Shown piece after piece: positions 1 through 9,417 of a DNA stretch of 64,000 nucleotides (positions are counted from its first letter, which is position 1; each line of letters starts with the position of its first letter). Source of the DNA: Gammaproteobacteria bacterium (GTDB taxonomy: Bacteria > Pseudomonadota > Gammaproteobacteria > SZUA-229); the NCBI GenBank assembly GCA_015488295.1, contig WFOC01000058.1, forward strand, positions 22,507 through 86,506, given 5' to 3'. The position numbers and the translations under genes are program-made. Below the pieces are notes generated by a model. The model searched no databases. It saw nothing but the letters and a program-made list of their open reading frames with translations, and was not told where the DNA came from.

Positions 1-345
1 AAAGGCGAGGTTGAAATCACCGGAGATACCCGGTTGGGACACCAGTTTAAAAATGTTTTTTCGCAGATGGATATCGACTGGTCGGAGCCGCTGGCGGGTC
101 TGGTGGGTGACAGTCTTGCGTATCAAATTCAGCAGACAGCTGGTAAATTAGGCCGCTGGGAGAAACAGTCGATGCAATCGGTTTCCACCAGTGTTAGCGA
201 ATATCTTCAGGAAGAGAGTCGCAACGTGGTCACCGACACCGAGTTGAACATGTTTTATGAAGAAGTTGATCAACTAAGAAACGGTGTTGACCGGCTGCAG
301 GCAAAAATTGATGCCCTGACCAGTAGCCATCTGGCGAAGCAATAA
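1..345 (+). CDS. ubiJ: UbiJ-like ubiquinone biosynthesis accessory protein, C-terminal part (5' end outside window)
   Basis: Frame 1 is open from base 1 ([18 protein letters not shown]...) to TAA at 343-345. It lies 22 nt upstream of ubiB, as in the conserved ubiE-ubiJ-ubiB layout. Assigned by synteny only. Confidence 0.5.
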   Translation, partial: KGEVEITGDTRLGHQFKNVFSQMDIDWSEPLAGLVGDSLAYQIQQTAGKLGRWEKQSMQSVSTSVSEYLQEESRNVVTDTELNMFYEEVDQLRNGVDRLQAKIDALTSSHLAKQ

Positions 346-367
346 ATCACACAATAAGAATTATAAG

Positions 368-2029
368 ATGCCACTATTAACGCCCGGTCAATTTATTCGC
401 ATGTTACGCATTAACTGGGTGTTAATGTTACATGGCCTCGACGACATTATTTTCACCACCCACCTGTTTCGCCCGTTCCGTATCGTTATTTATATTTTTC
501 CGTGGAACTGGTTTCGTCGCAAGCGCAAACCACGCGCCGTGCGCATGCGCGAAGCGCTGGAAGACCTGGGGCCTATCTTTATCAAGTTTGGCCAGATGTT
601 ATCAACCCGCCGTGACCTGCTGGCCGATGACATTGCTGATGAACTGCAACGCCTGCAGGATGATGTGCCACCATTCCCCGGAAAAAACGCCACCAAAATA
701 ATCGAAAAAGCCTATGGTAAGAGTGTTGACGAGCTGTTTGAAACGTTTGAAGAAGAGCCGCTGGCATCCGCCTCGATAGCGCAGGTACACGCGGCGGTTT
801 TAAAAACCGGCGAAAATGTTGTGGTAAAAGTTTTGCGTCCGGATGTGATGCCGGTCATCAAGCGCGACATCTCGCTGCTTTATATTATTGCTGAACTTGC
901 TGCTAAATATTCTTCGCAGTTAAGACGTTTGCGCCCGGTCGAAGTGGTCGAAGAATATGAAAAGACCATTCTGGATGAGCTCGACCTGTTGCGTGAAGCA
1001 GCGAATGCCAGCCAGCTGCGCCGAAACTTTGATGGCTCCCCCGATCTGTACGTGCCGGAAATTCACTGGGATTTCGTGCGCAAAAATGTCATCGTCATGG
1101 AGCGGATCTATGGCGTGTCGATTCGTGATATGGATGCACTGCGAGAGCAGGGCACCAACATGAAACGACTGGCGGCGATGGGCGTGGAGATTTTTTTCAC
1201 CCAGGTGTTCGCACATAATTTTTTCCACGCCGACATGCACCCCGGCAACATTTTTGTTGATACCAAAGATCCTGAAAGACCGCAGTATATCGCGGTCGAT
1301 TTTGGCATCATGGGCACCCTGAGCCAGACCGATAAACGTTATCTGGCAGAAAACTTCCTCGCCTTTTTCCAGCGTGATTATTACAAGGTGGCCAAGCTGC
1401 ATGTGGAGTCCGGTTGGGTGCCTTCACATACGCGTATTGATGAATTTGAATCGGCGATTCGCAGCGTGTGCGAACCGATTTTTGAAAAGCCATTAAAGGA
1501 AATTTCATTCGGTCAGTTATTATTGCGCCTGTTCCAGACCGCGCGGCGTTTTAATATGGAAGTACAGCCGCAACTGGTTTTATTGCAGAAAACATTATTA
1601 AACATTGAGGGTCTGGGGCGGCAGTTATATCCTGATCTTGATCTGTGGAAAACAGCCAAGCCGTTTTTAGAAAACTGGATGGAAGAGCAGGTTGGCCCAC
1701 GCGCCGTGTTGCGCAACATCAAAGAAGACATGCCGTATCTTCTTGAGAAAATGCCCGAAATGCCAGGTCTGTTATACAAGAGCCTGAAGGCTTATGCTGA
1801 TGGTGAGTACAGTTCGCAGCAGATGAAAGAGCTGGAAAAAATCCGGCGAGAAATGGGTCGGGGCAGTCAGCGCAGTGCGTATATCACCAGTGGTTCGGCA
1901 GCGTTGATAGGTGCTTCGATTATTTATGCATTGGCAGATTCTGCGCCGATGTTGTTGGGTGCACCGGTGCTTGCGTGGTTTGCTGGCGTGACCGGTGTTT
2001 TGTTAGTAATTTATGGGCTGAAAAAATAA
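368..2029 (+). CDS. ubiB: Ubiquinone biosynthesis regulatory kinase-like protein UbiB (ABC1/AarF family)
   Basis: 553-aa ORF with ABC1-family hallmarks ([40 protein letters not shown]). Two hydrophobic C-terminal helices. Confidence 0.95.
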   Translation: MPLLTPGQFIRMLRINWVLMLHGLDDIIFTTHLFRPFRIVIYIFPWNWFRRKRKPRAVRMREALEDLGPIFIKFGQMLSTRRDLLADDIADELQRLQDDVPPFPGKNATKIIEKAYGKSVDELFETFEEEPLASASIAQVHAAVLKTGENVVVKVLRPDVMPVIKRDISLLYIIAELAAKYSSQLRRLRPVEVVEEYEKTILDELDLLREAANASQLRRNFDGSPDLYVPEIHWDFVRKNVIVMERIYGVSIRDMDALREQGTNMKRLAAMGVEIFFTQVFAHNFFHADMHPGNIFVDTKDPERPQYIAVDFGIMGTLSQTDKRYLAENFLAFFQRDYYKVAKLHVESGWVPSHTRIDEFESAIRSVCEPIFEKPLKEISFGQLLLRLFQTARRFNMEVQPQLVLLQKTLLNIEGLGRQLYPDLDLWKTAKPFLENWMEEQVGPRAVLRNIKEDMPYLLEKMPEMPGLLYKSLKAYADGEYSSQQMKELEKIRREMGRGSQRSAYITSGSAALIGASIIYALADSAPMLLGAPVLAWFAGVTGVLLVIYGLKK

Positions 2030-4869
2030 TCGGTACATTCGACATAAAGCAGCCAGCGATTTTTTTCGCTTGCTGCCTGTTTTTTTTGACTAAAAATGTG
2101 TTCGCGGTTGATCCGGCGCTGGACTGGAAAACCATCGAAGGCGAACATGTTTATGTACATTTTGCTGACGGCAATAAAGCGCAGGCGGAAAAAGCACTGG
2201 CGATTTCTGAAAGCGCGCATCAACGTCTGACAAAAGAATTAAACTGGGTTCCAAAAGAAAAAACGCACGTTATTATAAGTGACGAGACTGACCAGCCAAA
2301 CGGTTTTGCCTCGCCGATCTTTTTTAATTTTACGACCATCTATTTAGCTCCGCCGACCAGCATTGACACGCTGGAAGATTTTGATGACTGGCTGTCATTA
2401 ATCATCATCCACGAATACACGCATATCATTCACCTTGATAAAAGTGCTGGTTCGCCAGAACTTCTAAGAAACATCTTTGGTCGCTTTCTGTTTTTATTCC
2501 CCAATGTTTTTCAACCGTCATGGATAACGGAAGGCCTGGCGACTTATGAAGAAACTGATTTCGAACACGGCATAGGTCGCGGGCAGAGCACGATGTTTGC
2601 ATCGATGATGCGGGAAGAAGTCGCCAAAGGTTTGCAGCCGGTCTCCCACGTTAACCTGCCGGTGAGCACCTGGCCGGCGGGTACTACACGCTATTTATAT
2701 GGCGTGTATTTTATGAATTTTCTGGTGGAAAAATACGGCGAAGAAAAAATACAGGAATGGATAGAAGAGTACAGTGACAACCTGCTGCCGTTTTTTATCA
2801 ACACCAATGCACAGCAAACGCTGGGAAAAAACCTGACATCGTTGTGGCAGGAATATCAGCAATGGTTGCAGAAAAAGTTTCGACCACAGATAAGCGCCAT
2901 TGAAGCAAAAGGGGTCAGGGCGGGTGAACAGTTATCCGTGGGCGCATATCGAACCAACGTGGTTCGTGCTGTTGCTACCGCCGAAGGTGAAAAAATATAT
3001 TATGTCAGTGAAAGCGGTTATCAGCGCGCAACCTTGATGCTGGATGATGGTGATGGCAAGGTACAGGAACTGGCAAGGCTGAATAATAATGTAAACCTCG
3101 ATGTGCATGCGCAGGCAGGGTTGCTGTTAACGCAAAATGAATACTGCAATAACTATACGATCTACAGTGACCTTTATCGTTATGACGAAAGTAAAAAGAA
3201 ATTAAAGCGCCTGACCCGCTGTGGTCGGTTTTTATATGCCAGCTGGTTTCCTGACGGCAATCAGATTGCAGCCGTTCATCATAATGCGACACACTTTGAA
3301 CTGCAGTTACTGGATAACGAAGCGAGAAAGCAGCAGGTGTTATGGCGCGCAGAGGATGGCGAGATTATTGGTCAGATTGATGTCTCGCCGGATGGCCGTT
3401 ACATTGTTGCCTCGGTATGGCGCAGAGGCAAGGGCTGGAATATCGAGCAGTTTAATATAAAGCAAAAGCACTGGAGCAATATCACTTACGGCACCAGCAT
3501 CGCGGCCAATCCGCAATACACACCGGATGGAAAAATTCTATACAGCCTGGAAGCCGAGGGTGTTTATAACTTGCAGCGCTACGACCCCGAAACGGCAAAA
3601 AGTGAACAGATAACAAATCTTATCGGTGGAGCCTTTCAGTCCAGCCAGGCAAGCATCGCCGGTCCGGTTTATTATGCAGGTTATAGTGCCGAAGGTTATG
3701 CTATTTATAAGCTGGATGATGTTTCCGTATTTTCACCAACACCGCTGGTAAATGATGGTGGCCTGAAGCAGGTTGAATATGCCGTTAAGTCGCACGAGCC
3801 ACGTGATTATTCGGCCCTGTCAAATGTCTATCCACGGTGGTGGTTTCCGACAGCGGTATTCAGCGAACAGCGCTCGGAAATTGGTCTGACAACAGCAGGT
3901 TCGGATGCGTTGAAACTGCATAATTATTTCATAACTGCGAGCTATGATTTCAAACTGGACAGACCTGCAGCGAATATCAGTTATTCTTACGTGGACCGCC
4001 TGTTTCTTTCGGCGGTAAAAATTAATGATATAACGTTAAATGCGAATGGTGCGCTCAATCGCATTACTGATCGTAGCATCGCCAGCGCGGTACTGGCGTT
4101 TCCGCAGTATAAACTTCAGTCACAAACCAATCTGCTGTTCAGCATCGTGTACGATAACACGGCGGATGGCGAACGTGCTCCCGGGGTAACGCCGTTAAGC
4201 GATTATGAAGACAACCTTCTGGGGGTTGCCTGGTTATATAATTCATCGAATATTAATCCCCTGTCAATCAGCCCGGTGGATGGCATGAAGTTGCGCCTGG
4301 TGGCAGAAGACAGTGATCTGCTGGATTCGAATTTTAGCGGACAGGTTTACACGCTGGACTGGCGGCAGTTTATTCGCACTGGTAAAGAAAGCGTGCTGGC
4401 GCTGCGATTTGTGCAGGGCTGGGGAACGAATAGACCGCGACTTTTTGAGCTGGGTGGTGAAGGTGCTAGTAGCGATGCGATCAGCATTTTATTCGGTAAC
4501 AGCAGCCAGCCGGTGTTTGATCAGCGTAGTTATGCACTGCGTGGTTATCGGGAAGGTCTGCCGCAGTTGCGAGGCCGTCGCGCGCAAGTGTTCAGTGGCG
4601 AGTGGCGTTTTCCATTGCAGCGAAATGAGCGAGGCATCATGACCCCGCCGGTTGGTTTGATGCAGTGGTTCGGCACCGTGTTTGCCGAGGCCGGCAGCGC
4701 TTACCTTGATTCACCGGGCAAATATTATTCCAGTGTCGGTATTGAAATTGATGCTGATATCAACTTGTTCTACGGAGCAGTGGTGCGCACAAGTATTGGC
4801 TATGCACACGGTTTCGACAGTAAGATTGGTGATGATCTGCTTTACCTGCGAATCGGCAGCAGCTTCTGA
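1975..4869 (+). CDS. Secreted or outer-membrane multidomain protein: gluzincin peptidase (Peptidase_MA-like) + TolB-like beta-propeller + C-terminal barrel-like region
   Basis: HEYTHIIH (HExxH) followed by [11 protein letters not shown]. Propeller-type repeats [29 protein letters not shown]. The C-terminus has alternating-hydrophobic strands and ends ...LYLRIGSSF (terminal Phe). The track start at 1975 is GTG and overlaps ubiB by 55 nt. The signal-like segment [20 protein letters not shown]|VDP suggests a start nearer 2030-2050, but no canonical start codon is present there. Confidence 0.6.
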   Translation: MVCWRDRCFVSNLWAEKIIGTFDIKQPAIFFACCLFFLTKNVFAVDPALDWKTIEGEHVYVHFADGNKAQAEKALAISESAHQRLTKELNWVPKEKTHVIISDETDQPNGFASPIFFNFTTIYLAPPTSIDTLEDFDDWLSLIIIHEYTHIIHLDKSAGSPELLRNIFGRFLFLFPNVFQPSWITEGLATYEETDFEHGIGRGQSTMFASMMREEVAKGLQPVSHVNLPVSTWPAGTTRYLYGVYFMNFLVEKYGEEKIQEWIEEYSDNLLPFFINTNAQQTLGKNLTSLWQEYQQWLQKKFRPQISAIEAKGVRAGEQLSVGAYRTNVVRAVATAEGEKIYYVSESGYQRATLMLDDGDGKVQELARLNNNVNLDVHAQAGLLLTQNEYCNNYTIYSDLYRYDESKKKLKRLTRCGRFLYASWFPDGNQIAAVHHNATHFELQLLDNEARKQQVLWRAEDGEIIGQIDVSPDGRYIVASVWRRGKGWNIEQFNIKQKHWSNITYGTSIAANPQYTPDGKILYSLEAEGVYNLQRYDPETAKSEQITNLIGGAFQSSQASIAGPVYYAGYSAEGYAIYKLDDVSVFSPTPLVNDGGLKQVEYAVKSHEPRDYSALSNVYPRWWFPTAVFSEQRSEIGLTTAGSDALKLHNYFITASYDFKLDRPAANISYSYVDRLFLSAVKINDITLNANGALNRITDRSIASAVLAFPQYKLQSQTNLLFSIVYDNTADGERAPGVTPLSDYEDNLLGVAWLYNSSNINPLSISPVDGMKLRLVAEDSDLLDSNFSGQVYTLDWRQFIRTGKESVLALRFVQGWGTNRPRLFELGGEGASSDAISILFGNSSQPVFDQRSYALRGYREGLPQLRGRRAQVFSGEWRFPLQRNERGIMTPPVGLMQWFGTVFAEAGSAYLDSPGKYYSSVGIEIDADINLFYGAVVRTSIGYAHGFDSKIGDDLLYLRIGSSF

Positions 4870-4979
4870 TTGCGCGAACATTTCAAGCATTGTTCGATGT
4901 GCTAAAGTAAGCTTTTTTATATTATTCGCGGCATTGTTCGCTGTAAATAATAGTTCACCGATACTCCGCAAACGCACAT

Positions 4980-7223
4980 ATGACAACAGAAACAGAACCT
5001 GAAAGCCGCAACGATTTCCAGCAGATCTTCAAACCATCCACCGATATGGATGTCTCACACATTCTGAATGATCTGAACGATGCGCAGCGTCAGGCAGTGA
5101 CCGCACCACCGGAACACATGCTGGTGCTGGCTGGCGCGGGCAGCGGTAAAACCCGGGTGCTGGTGCATCGTATCGCCTGGCTTAACCAGGTGGAAGGCAT
5201 CTCGCCGTACAATATTTTTGCGGTGACTTTTACCAACAAGGCTGCCGCCGAAATGCGCCAGCGTGTTGAAAAATTACAGGGCCTGCCGGTTGCCGGCATG
5301 TGGGTGGGTACTTTTCACGGCCTGGCGCATCGACTATTGCGTAATCACTGGAAAGAAGCAAAGCTGCCGCAGAGTTTTCAGATTCTTGATTCCGATGACC
5401 AGTATCGGCTGATACGTCGTGTGCTGAAAGCGCTGGAACTGGACGAAGCCAAATGGCCGCCGAAGCAGGCGCAGGGTTTTATCAACGCCAGAAAAGATGA
5501 AGGCAAGCGACCCTCGCACATCGACACTTCGCGCAACCCGATGTACGAACAGATGGTGCGAATCTATACCGCTTATCAGGCCGCCTGCGAACGCGCCGGT
5601 GTCATCGATTTTGCCGAAATGTTATTGCGCACGCTGGAACTGATCCGTGACAACGATTCCCTGCAGGCGCATTATCAAAAACGTTTTCAGCATATTCTGG
5701 TCGATGAGTTTCAGGACACCAACACCATTCAGTATGCATTGATCCAGTTGCTGGCCGGGCAGAAAAATAAAGTATTCATCGTTGGTGACGATGACCAGGC
5801 CATCTACGGCTGGCGTGGTGCTAAAGTTGAAAACATCCAGCGTTTCCAGAAACATTTTGTCTCGGCGGAAGTCATTCGCCTGGAACAGAACTATCGCTCG
5901 ACCACTACTATTCTTTCTGCGGCCAACGCGCTGATCGATAATAATAGCGACCGCATGGGTAAAAAATTATGGAGCAGCGGTGAAGATGGTGAGCCGATTA
6001 TTTTTTATAACGCTTATGACGAGCGTGATGAAGCCAAATTTGTTGTCGATAAAATAAAACAGTTTATCGAGCTGGGCAACGCCCGCGCTGACTGCGCCAT
6101 CCTGTATCGCTCGAATGCGCAGTCACGTATTTTAGAGGAACGTTTTGTCAGCGAAGGTATTCCTTACCGCGTTTATGGCGGCATGCGTTTCTTCGAGCGC
6201 GCCGAGATAAAAAATGCGCTGGCCTATCTGCGCCTGATGGATAACCCGAATGATGATGCCTCTTTCGAGCGCGTGGTGAATACACCAACACGTGGCATTG
6301 GTGAACGCAGCGTGGAAAAAATCCGCGATGTTTCAAAACAGGTCAACCAGCCTTTGTGGAAGGCAGCAAAACTTATCCTCGAAGATAAAGGGCTACCGAC
6401 TCGTGCTGCCAATGCCTTGCAGGGTTTTATCGATTTAATCGAAGAGATGAAAGCCGCGACCGATGAGCTGGCCTTGCACGAGCAGGTTGACCACGTGGTG
6501 CATAACGTCGGTCTGATCGAATACTACGAAAAAGAAAAAACCGAAAAAGCACAGGCGCGCGTGGAGAACATCGAAGAATTAATCAGCGCCGCACGCGGTT
6601 TTGATTATGACCAGTCGGAACTGGAAATACCGATGGATGAGCTGACCGCGTTTCTGACACACGCCGCACTGGAAGCCGGTGAAGGTCAGGCAGCCGAGTG
6701 GGATGATTGCGTGCAACTGATGACCATGCACAGTGCAAAAGGTCTGGAATTTCCGCTGGTGTTTATCGTCGGCATGGAAGAAGGTCTATTTCCCAGTCAG
6801 CGTTCGCTGGAAGAAGAGGGCAAGCTGGAAGAGGAGCGCCGGCTGTGTTATGTCGGTATCACCCGTGCCCGAGAACAGCTGGTACTCAGTTGCGCCGAGC
6901 ATCGTCGTCTTTATGGTCAGGACCTTTATCCTTCGGCATCACGTTTTATCAGTGAGATTCCCGAGCATCTGCTGAACGAGATCAGAGGTCAGCACAATAC
7001 CAGCCATGCGGTTTCGCCAACGCAATATAATTCTACCGCTTTCAAGTCAAAAGAAACCGTCAACGGTATTTATGTTGGCCAGCGCGTTACACATAAAAAA
7101 TTCGGTGACGGTATGGTGACCAACCTGGAAGGCAGTGGTAGCCACGCGCGGGTGCAGGTGAACTTTGAATACGAAGGCAGTAAGTGGCTGGTGATGGCTT
7201 ATGCGAATTTGTCACCGGTGTAA
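4980..7223 (+). CDS. uvrD: DNA helicase II UvrD
   Basis: Walker A AGAGSGKT, DEFQDTN, VGDDDQAIYGWRGA, QNYRS. From MDVSHILNDLNDAQRQAV onward it is nearly collinear with E. coli UvrD, so the true start may be the internal ATG at 5046. Confidence 0.95.
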   Translation: MTTETEPESRNDFQQIFKPSTDMDVSHILNDLNDAQRQAVTAPPEHMLVLAGAGSGKTRVLVHRIAWLNQVEGISPYNIFAVTFTNKAAAEMRQRVEKLQGLPVAGMWVGTFHGLAHRLLRNHWKEAKLPQSFQILDSDDQYRLIRRVLKALELDEAKWPPKQAQGFINARKDEGKRPSHIDTSRNPMYEQMVRIYTAYQAACERAGVIDFAEMLLRTLELIRDNDSLQAHYQKRFQHILVDEFQDTNTIQYALIQLLAGQKNKVFIVGDDDQAIYGWRGAKVENIQRFQKHFVSAEVIRLEQNYRSTTTILSAANALIDNNSDRMGKKLWSSGEDGEPIIFYNAYDERDEAKFVVDKIKQFIELGNARADCAILYRSNAQSRILEERFVSEGIPYRVYGGMRFFERAEIKNALAYLRLMDNPNDDASFERVVNTPTRGIGERSVEKIRDVSKQVNQPLWKAAKLILEDKGLPTRAANALQGFIDLIEEMKAATDELALHEQVDHVVHNVGLIEYYEKEKTEKAQARVENIEELISAARGFDYDQSELEIPMDELTAFLTHAALEAGEGQAAEWDDCVQLMTMHSAKGLEFPLVFIVGMEEGLFPSQRSLEEEGKLEEERRLCYVGITRAREQLVLSCAEHRRLYGQDLYPSASRFISEIPEHLLNEIRGQHNTSHAVSPTQYNSTAFKSKETVNGIYVGQRVTHKKFGDGMVTNLEGSGSHARVQVNFEYEGSKWLVMAYANLSPV

Positions 7224-7230
7224 AAGAAAT

Positions 7231-7347
7231 TTCACCACAGAGGCACAGAGTACACAGAGGAAAAATAACTTATTGTTTTTGCCAGCGGCGCAAATAATAA
7301 AAAATCTTAAGAGCTTTTCTCTGTGTACTCTGTGCTTCTGTGGTGAA
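7231..7347. repeat. Long inverted repeat: 29-bp arms with one G:T mismatch and a 59-bp spacer
   Basis: Left arm 7231-7259 is ttcaccacagaggcacagagtacacagag. Right arm 7319-7347 is ctctgtgtactctgtgcttctgtggtgaa, its reverse complement except for one position. Each arm contains three CACAGAG heptads. The element lies between the uvrD stop and the TRAP binding-protein start. Confidence 0.85.
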
Positions 7348-7380
7348 TAACCGTTTTTAAATATTACAGAAGGCATCAGT

Positions 7381-8454
7381 ATGAAACGTCGTGATTTTAT
7401 CAAACAGGCCAGTGTCGGTGCAGTTGCAACCGCCGGTGTTGCCGCGCCAGCAGTTGTTAGTGCAAAGACAAAAATAAAATGGAAGATGGTCACCACCTGG
7501 CCGAAAAATTTCCCTGTGCTCGGCACCGGTGCAAATCAGCTGGCAAAGTTAATCACCGAGATGAGTGATGGTCGTATAAAAGTGAAAGTGTATGGCGCGG
7601 GTGAGTTGATCCCTGCTTTTGAAGTATTTGATGCCGTGTCACGCGGCACCGCGCAGATGGGGCATGGCTCGGCATATTACTGGAAAGGCAAGATCGAAGA
7701 GGCGCAGTTTTTTTCAACTGTGCCGTTTGGCATGAACGCGCGCGAGATGACCGCATGGTTGTATCATGGCGGCGGCATGGAATTATGGCGCGAAACTTAC
7801 GAGCCTTTTGGTGTTATTCCGGCAGCAGCGGGCAACACCACGGTGCAGATGGCAGGCTGGTTTAACAAAGAAATAAACAGTGCGAACGATCTCAAAGGTT
7901 TAAAGATGCGTATCCCCGGCCTCGGCGGTGAAGTGCTAAAACGCGCTGGCGGTACACCGGTAAACCTGCCCGGCGGTGAATTATTTACCTCGTTGAAAAC
8001 CGGTGCCATCGATGCCACCGAATGGGTCGGCCCCTATAATGACCTGGCCTTCGGTTTATACAAGGCCGCAAAATATTATTATTACCCCGGCTGGCACGAG
8101 CCGGGCACCACGCTGGAAGCGATCATCAATAAAAAAGCGTTTGAAGCGCTGCCGAAAGATCTGAAGTCCATCGTTGAAAACTGTTGCAAGATCGTCAATC
8201 AGGACATGACCATGGAATTCACCGCAAAAAATAATGCGGCGCTGGATACGCTGGTTAACAAACATAATGTCGATGTGCGCAAGCTGCCTGATGATGTGCT
8301 GGATAAACTCAAGGCCTTATCACATGATGTGGTGACCGAACTGGCAGCAAAAAATCAAGCCGCACAAAAAATTTATGATTCCTATAATAAATTTTACAAA
8401 CAGGTTTCAGCCTGGCATGAAATCTCGGAAAAAATTTATTATAACGTGCGTTAG
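7381..8454 (+). CDS. TRAP transporter substrate-binding protein (DctP-type, mannitol/chloroaromatic-type subfamily)
   Basis: Tat-like signal MKRRDFIKQASVGAVATAGVAAPAVVSA. Conserved TRAP SBP blocks (GHGSAYYW, FGMNAREMTAWLYHGGG, AGWFNKEI, IDATEWVGPYND, YYYYPGWHEPG). Confidence 0.85.
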   Translation: MKRRDFIKQASVGAVATAGVAAPAVVSAKTKIKWKMVTTWPKNFPVLGTGANQLAKLITEMSDGRIKVKVYGAGELIPAFEVFDAVSRGTAQMGHGSAYYWKGKIEEAQFFSTVPFGMNAREMTAWLYHGGGMELWRETYEPFGVIPAAAGNTTVQMAGWFNKEINSANDLKGLKMRIPGLGGEVLKRAGGTPVNLPGGELFTSLKTGAIDATEWVGPYNDLAFGLYKAAKYYYYPGWHEPGTTLEAIINKKAFEALPKDLKSIVENCCKIVNQDMTMEFTAKNNAALDTLVNKHNVDVRKLPDDVLDKLKALSHDVVTELAAKNQAAQKIYDSYNKFYKQVSAWHEISEKIYYNVR

Positions 8455-8611
8455 CCAGGGTGTCGGAGTCAAATTTTACCGAGCCAGTTGACGGTGAAAA
8501 TAATGATATTTAATAAACTTAACAAAATGATTTTGACTTTAATGCTAGTGATAACAAGTACTGCTGTTAATGCATTACCAATAACACAGACATTGATACT
8601 CACGCAAATAG

Positions 8612-9393
8612 GGGACAGACCACGGTTTCATAATCATGCTATGATTCTAGACACAACTCAAAATCAATCATGGAGGATTGTTTATGCCAAGGAGGCCTCG
8701 CATAGTGCTGCCAGGCACGCCTTTACATCTCATTCAACGTGGAAATAATCGTCAGGCCTGTTTCTTTTCAGATTCTGACTATCTTGTTTACCTGGAATGG
8801 TTAGAAGAATATGCAAAAAAGTATTCATGCCTGATACATGCCTATGTGTTGATGACGAATCATGTTCATCTTCTGGTGACCCCACTTAAAGCAGAATCGG
8901 CTGGTTTGATGATGAAGCAACTTGGCCAACGTTACGTTCAGTATATCAACAGAACATATCGTCGATCTGGTACATTGTGGGAAGGCCGTTACAAATCATG
9001 TATTGCACAGGATGAAGTCTATGTGCTTGGGTGTTATCGATATGTAGAACTCAATCCTGTCAGGGCGGATATCGTACTGCACCCAGCAGAGTATCGTTGG
9101 TCGAGTTACCGAGTAAATGCTCAGTCAGAGAATTCGAGCCTGATTACACCTCATCAGCAATATATCAATCTGGCATCAGATAGAGATCGGAGAAGGATTG
9201 CCTATCGTGATCTTTTCAGATATCAGTTAGAACCTGGCCTCGTCGATGAGATTAGATACGCGACTAATGGAAACTATGCACTAGGATCTGATCTATTCAA
9301 GGATGAGGTTACAATGATGCTCGGACGAAGAGTAACACCCGGTGCATCAGGGCGACCAAGGCGAAAGTAAAGATCTAAACCGTGGTCTGTCCC
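8612..9393 (+). mobile_element. RAYT-type unit: HUH transposase gene bracketed by inverted REP-like 17-mers
   Basis: gggacagaccacggttt (8612-8628) is the perfect reverse complement of aaaccgtggtctgtccc (9377-9393). The two flank the transposase ORF at about 55 bp and 6 bp. The region looks AT-richer than its neighbours by eye. Confidence 0.6.
8684..9370 (+). CDS. IS200/IS605-like Y1 HUH transposase (REP-associated tyrosine transposase, RAYT-like)
   Basis: HUH motif in LMTNHVHLLV. Conserved LIQRGNNRQACFF N-terminus and the tyrosine-region block YRYVELNPVRA. GGAGG at 8672-8676 favours the ATG at 8684 over the track's TTG at 8678. Confidence 0.8.
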   Translation: MPRRPRIVLPGTPLHLIQRGNNRQACFFSDSDYLVYLEWLEEYAKKYSCLIHAYVLMTNHVHLLVTPLKAESAGLMMKQLGQRYVQYINRTYRRSGTLWEGRYKSCIAQDEVYVLGCYRYVELNPVRADIVLHPAEYRWSSYRVNAQSENSSLITPHQQYINLASDRDRRRIAYRDLFRYQLEPGLVDEIRYATNGNYALGSDLFKDEVTMMLGRRVTPGASGRPRRK

Positions 9394-9417
9394 TGGTTTT
9401 CCTGGTTTTCGCTGTAT

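Noticed and set aside
4875-4956. Possible SOS (LexA) box or operator upstream of uvrD.
   Set aside because: Only CTGT-N8-GTTC (4941-4956) is present, not CTGT-N8-ACAG. The nearby CGAACA-N10-TGTTCG inverted repeat (4875-4896) and the duplicated gcattgttcg (4887-4896 and 4931-4940) are too short to interpret.
7212-7526. 104-aa minus-strand ORF spanning the uvrD/TRAP intergenic region.
   Set aside because: It runs through both arms of the 29-bp inverted repeat and antisense to the TRAP binding-protein signal peptide. It has no RBS.
8488-8748. 86-aa ORF upstream of the RAYT with a signal-peptide-like start (MILTLMLVITSTAVNA).
   Set aside because: It reads through the left REP-like arm and into the transposase RBS and start. 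There is no RBS and no recognisable domain. At best it is a remnant of a gene disrupted by the element, which cannot be supported from sequence alone.
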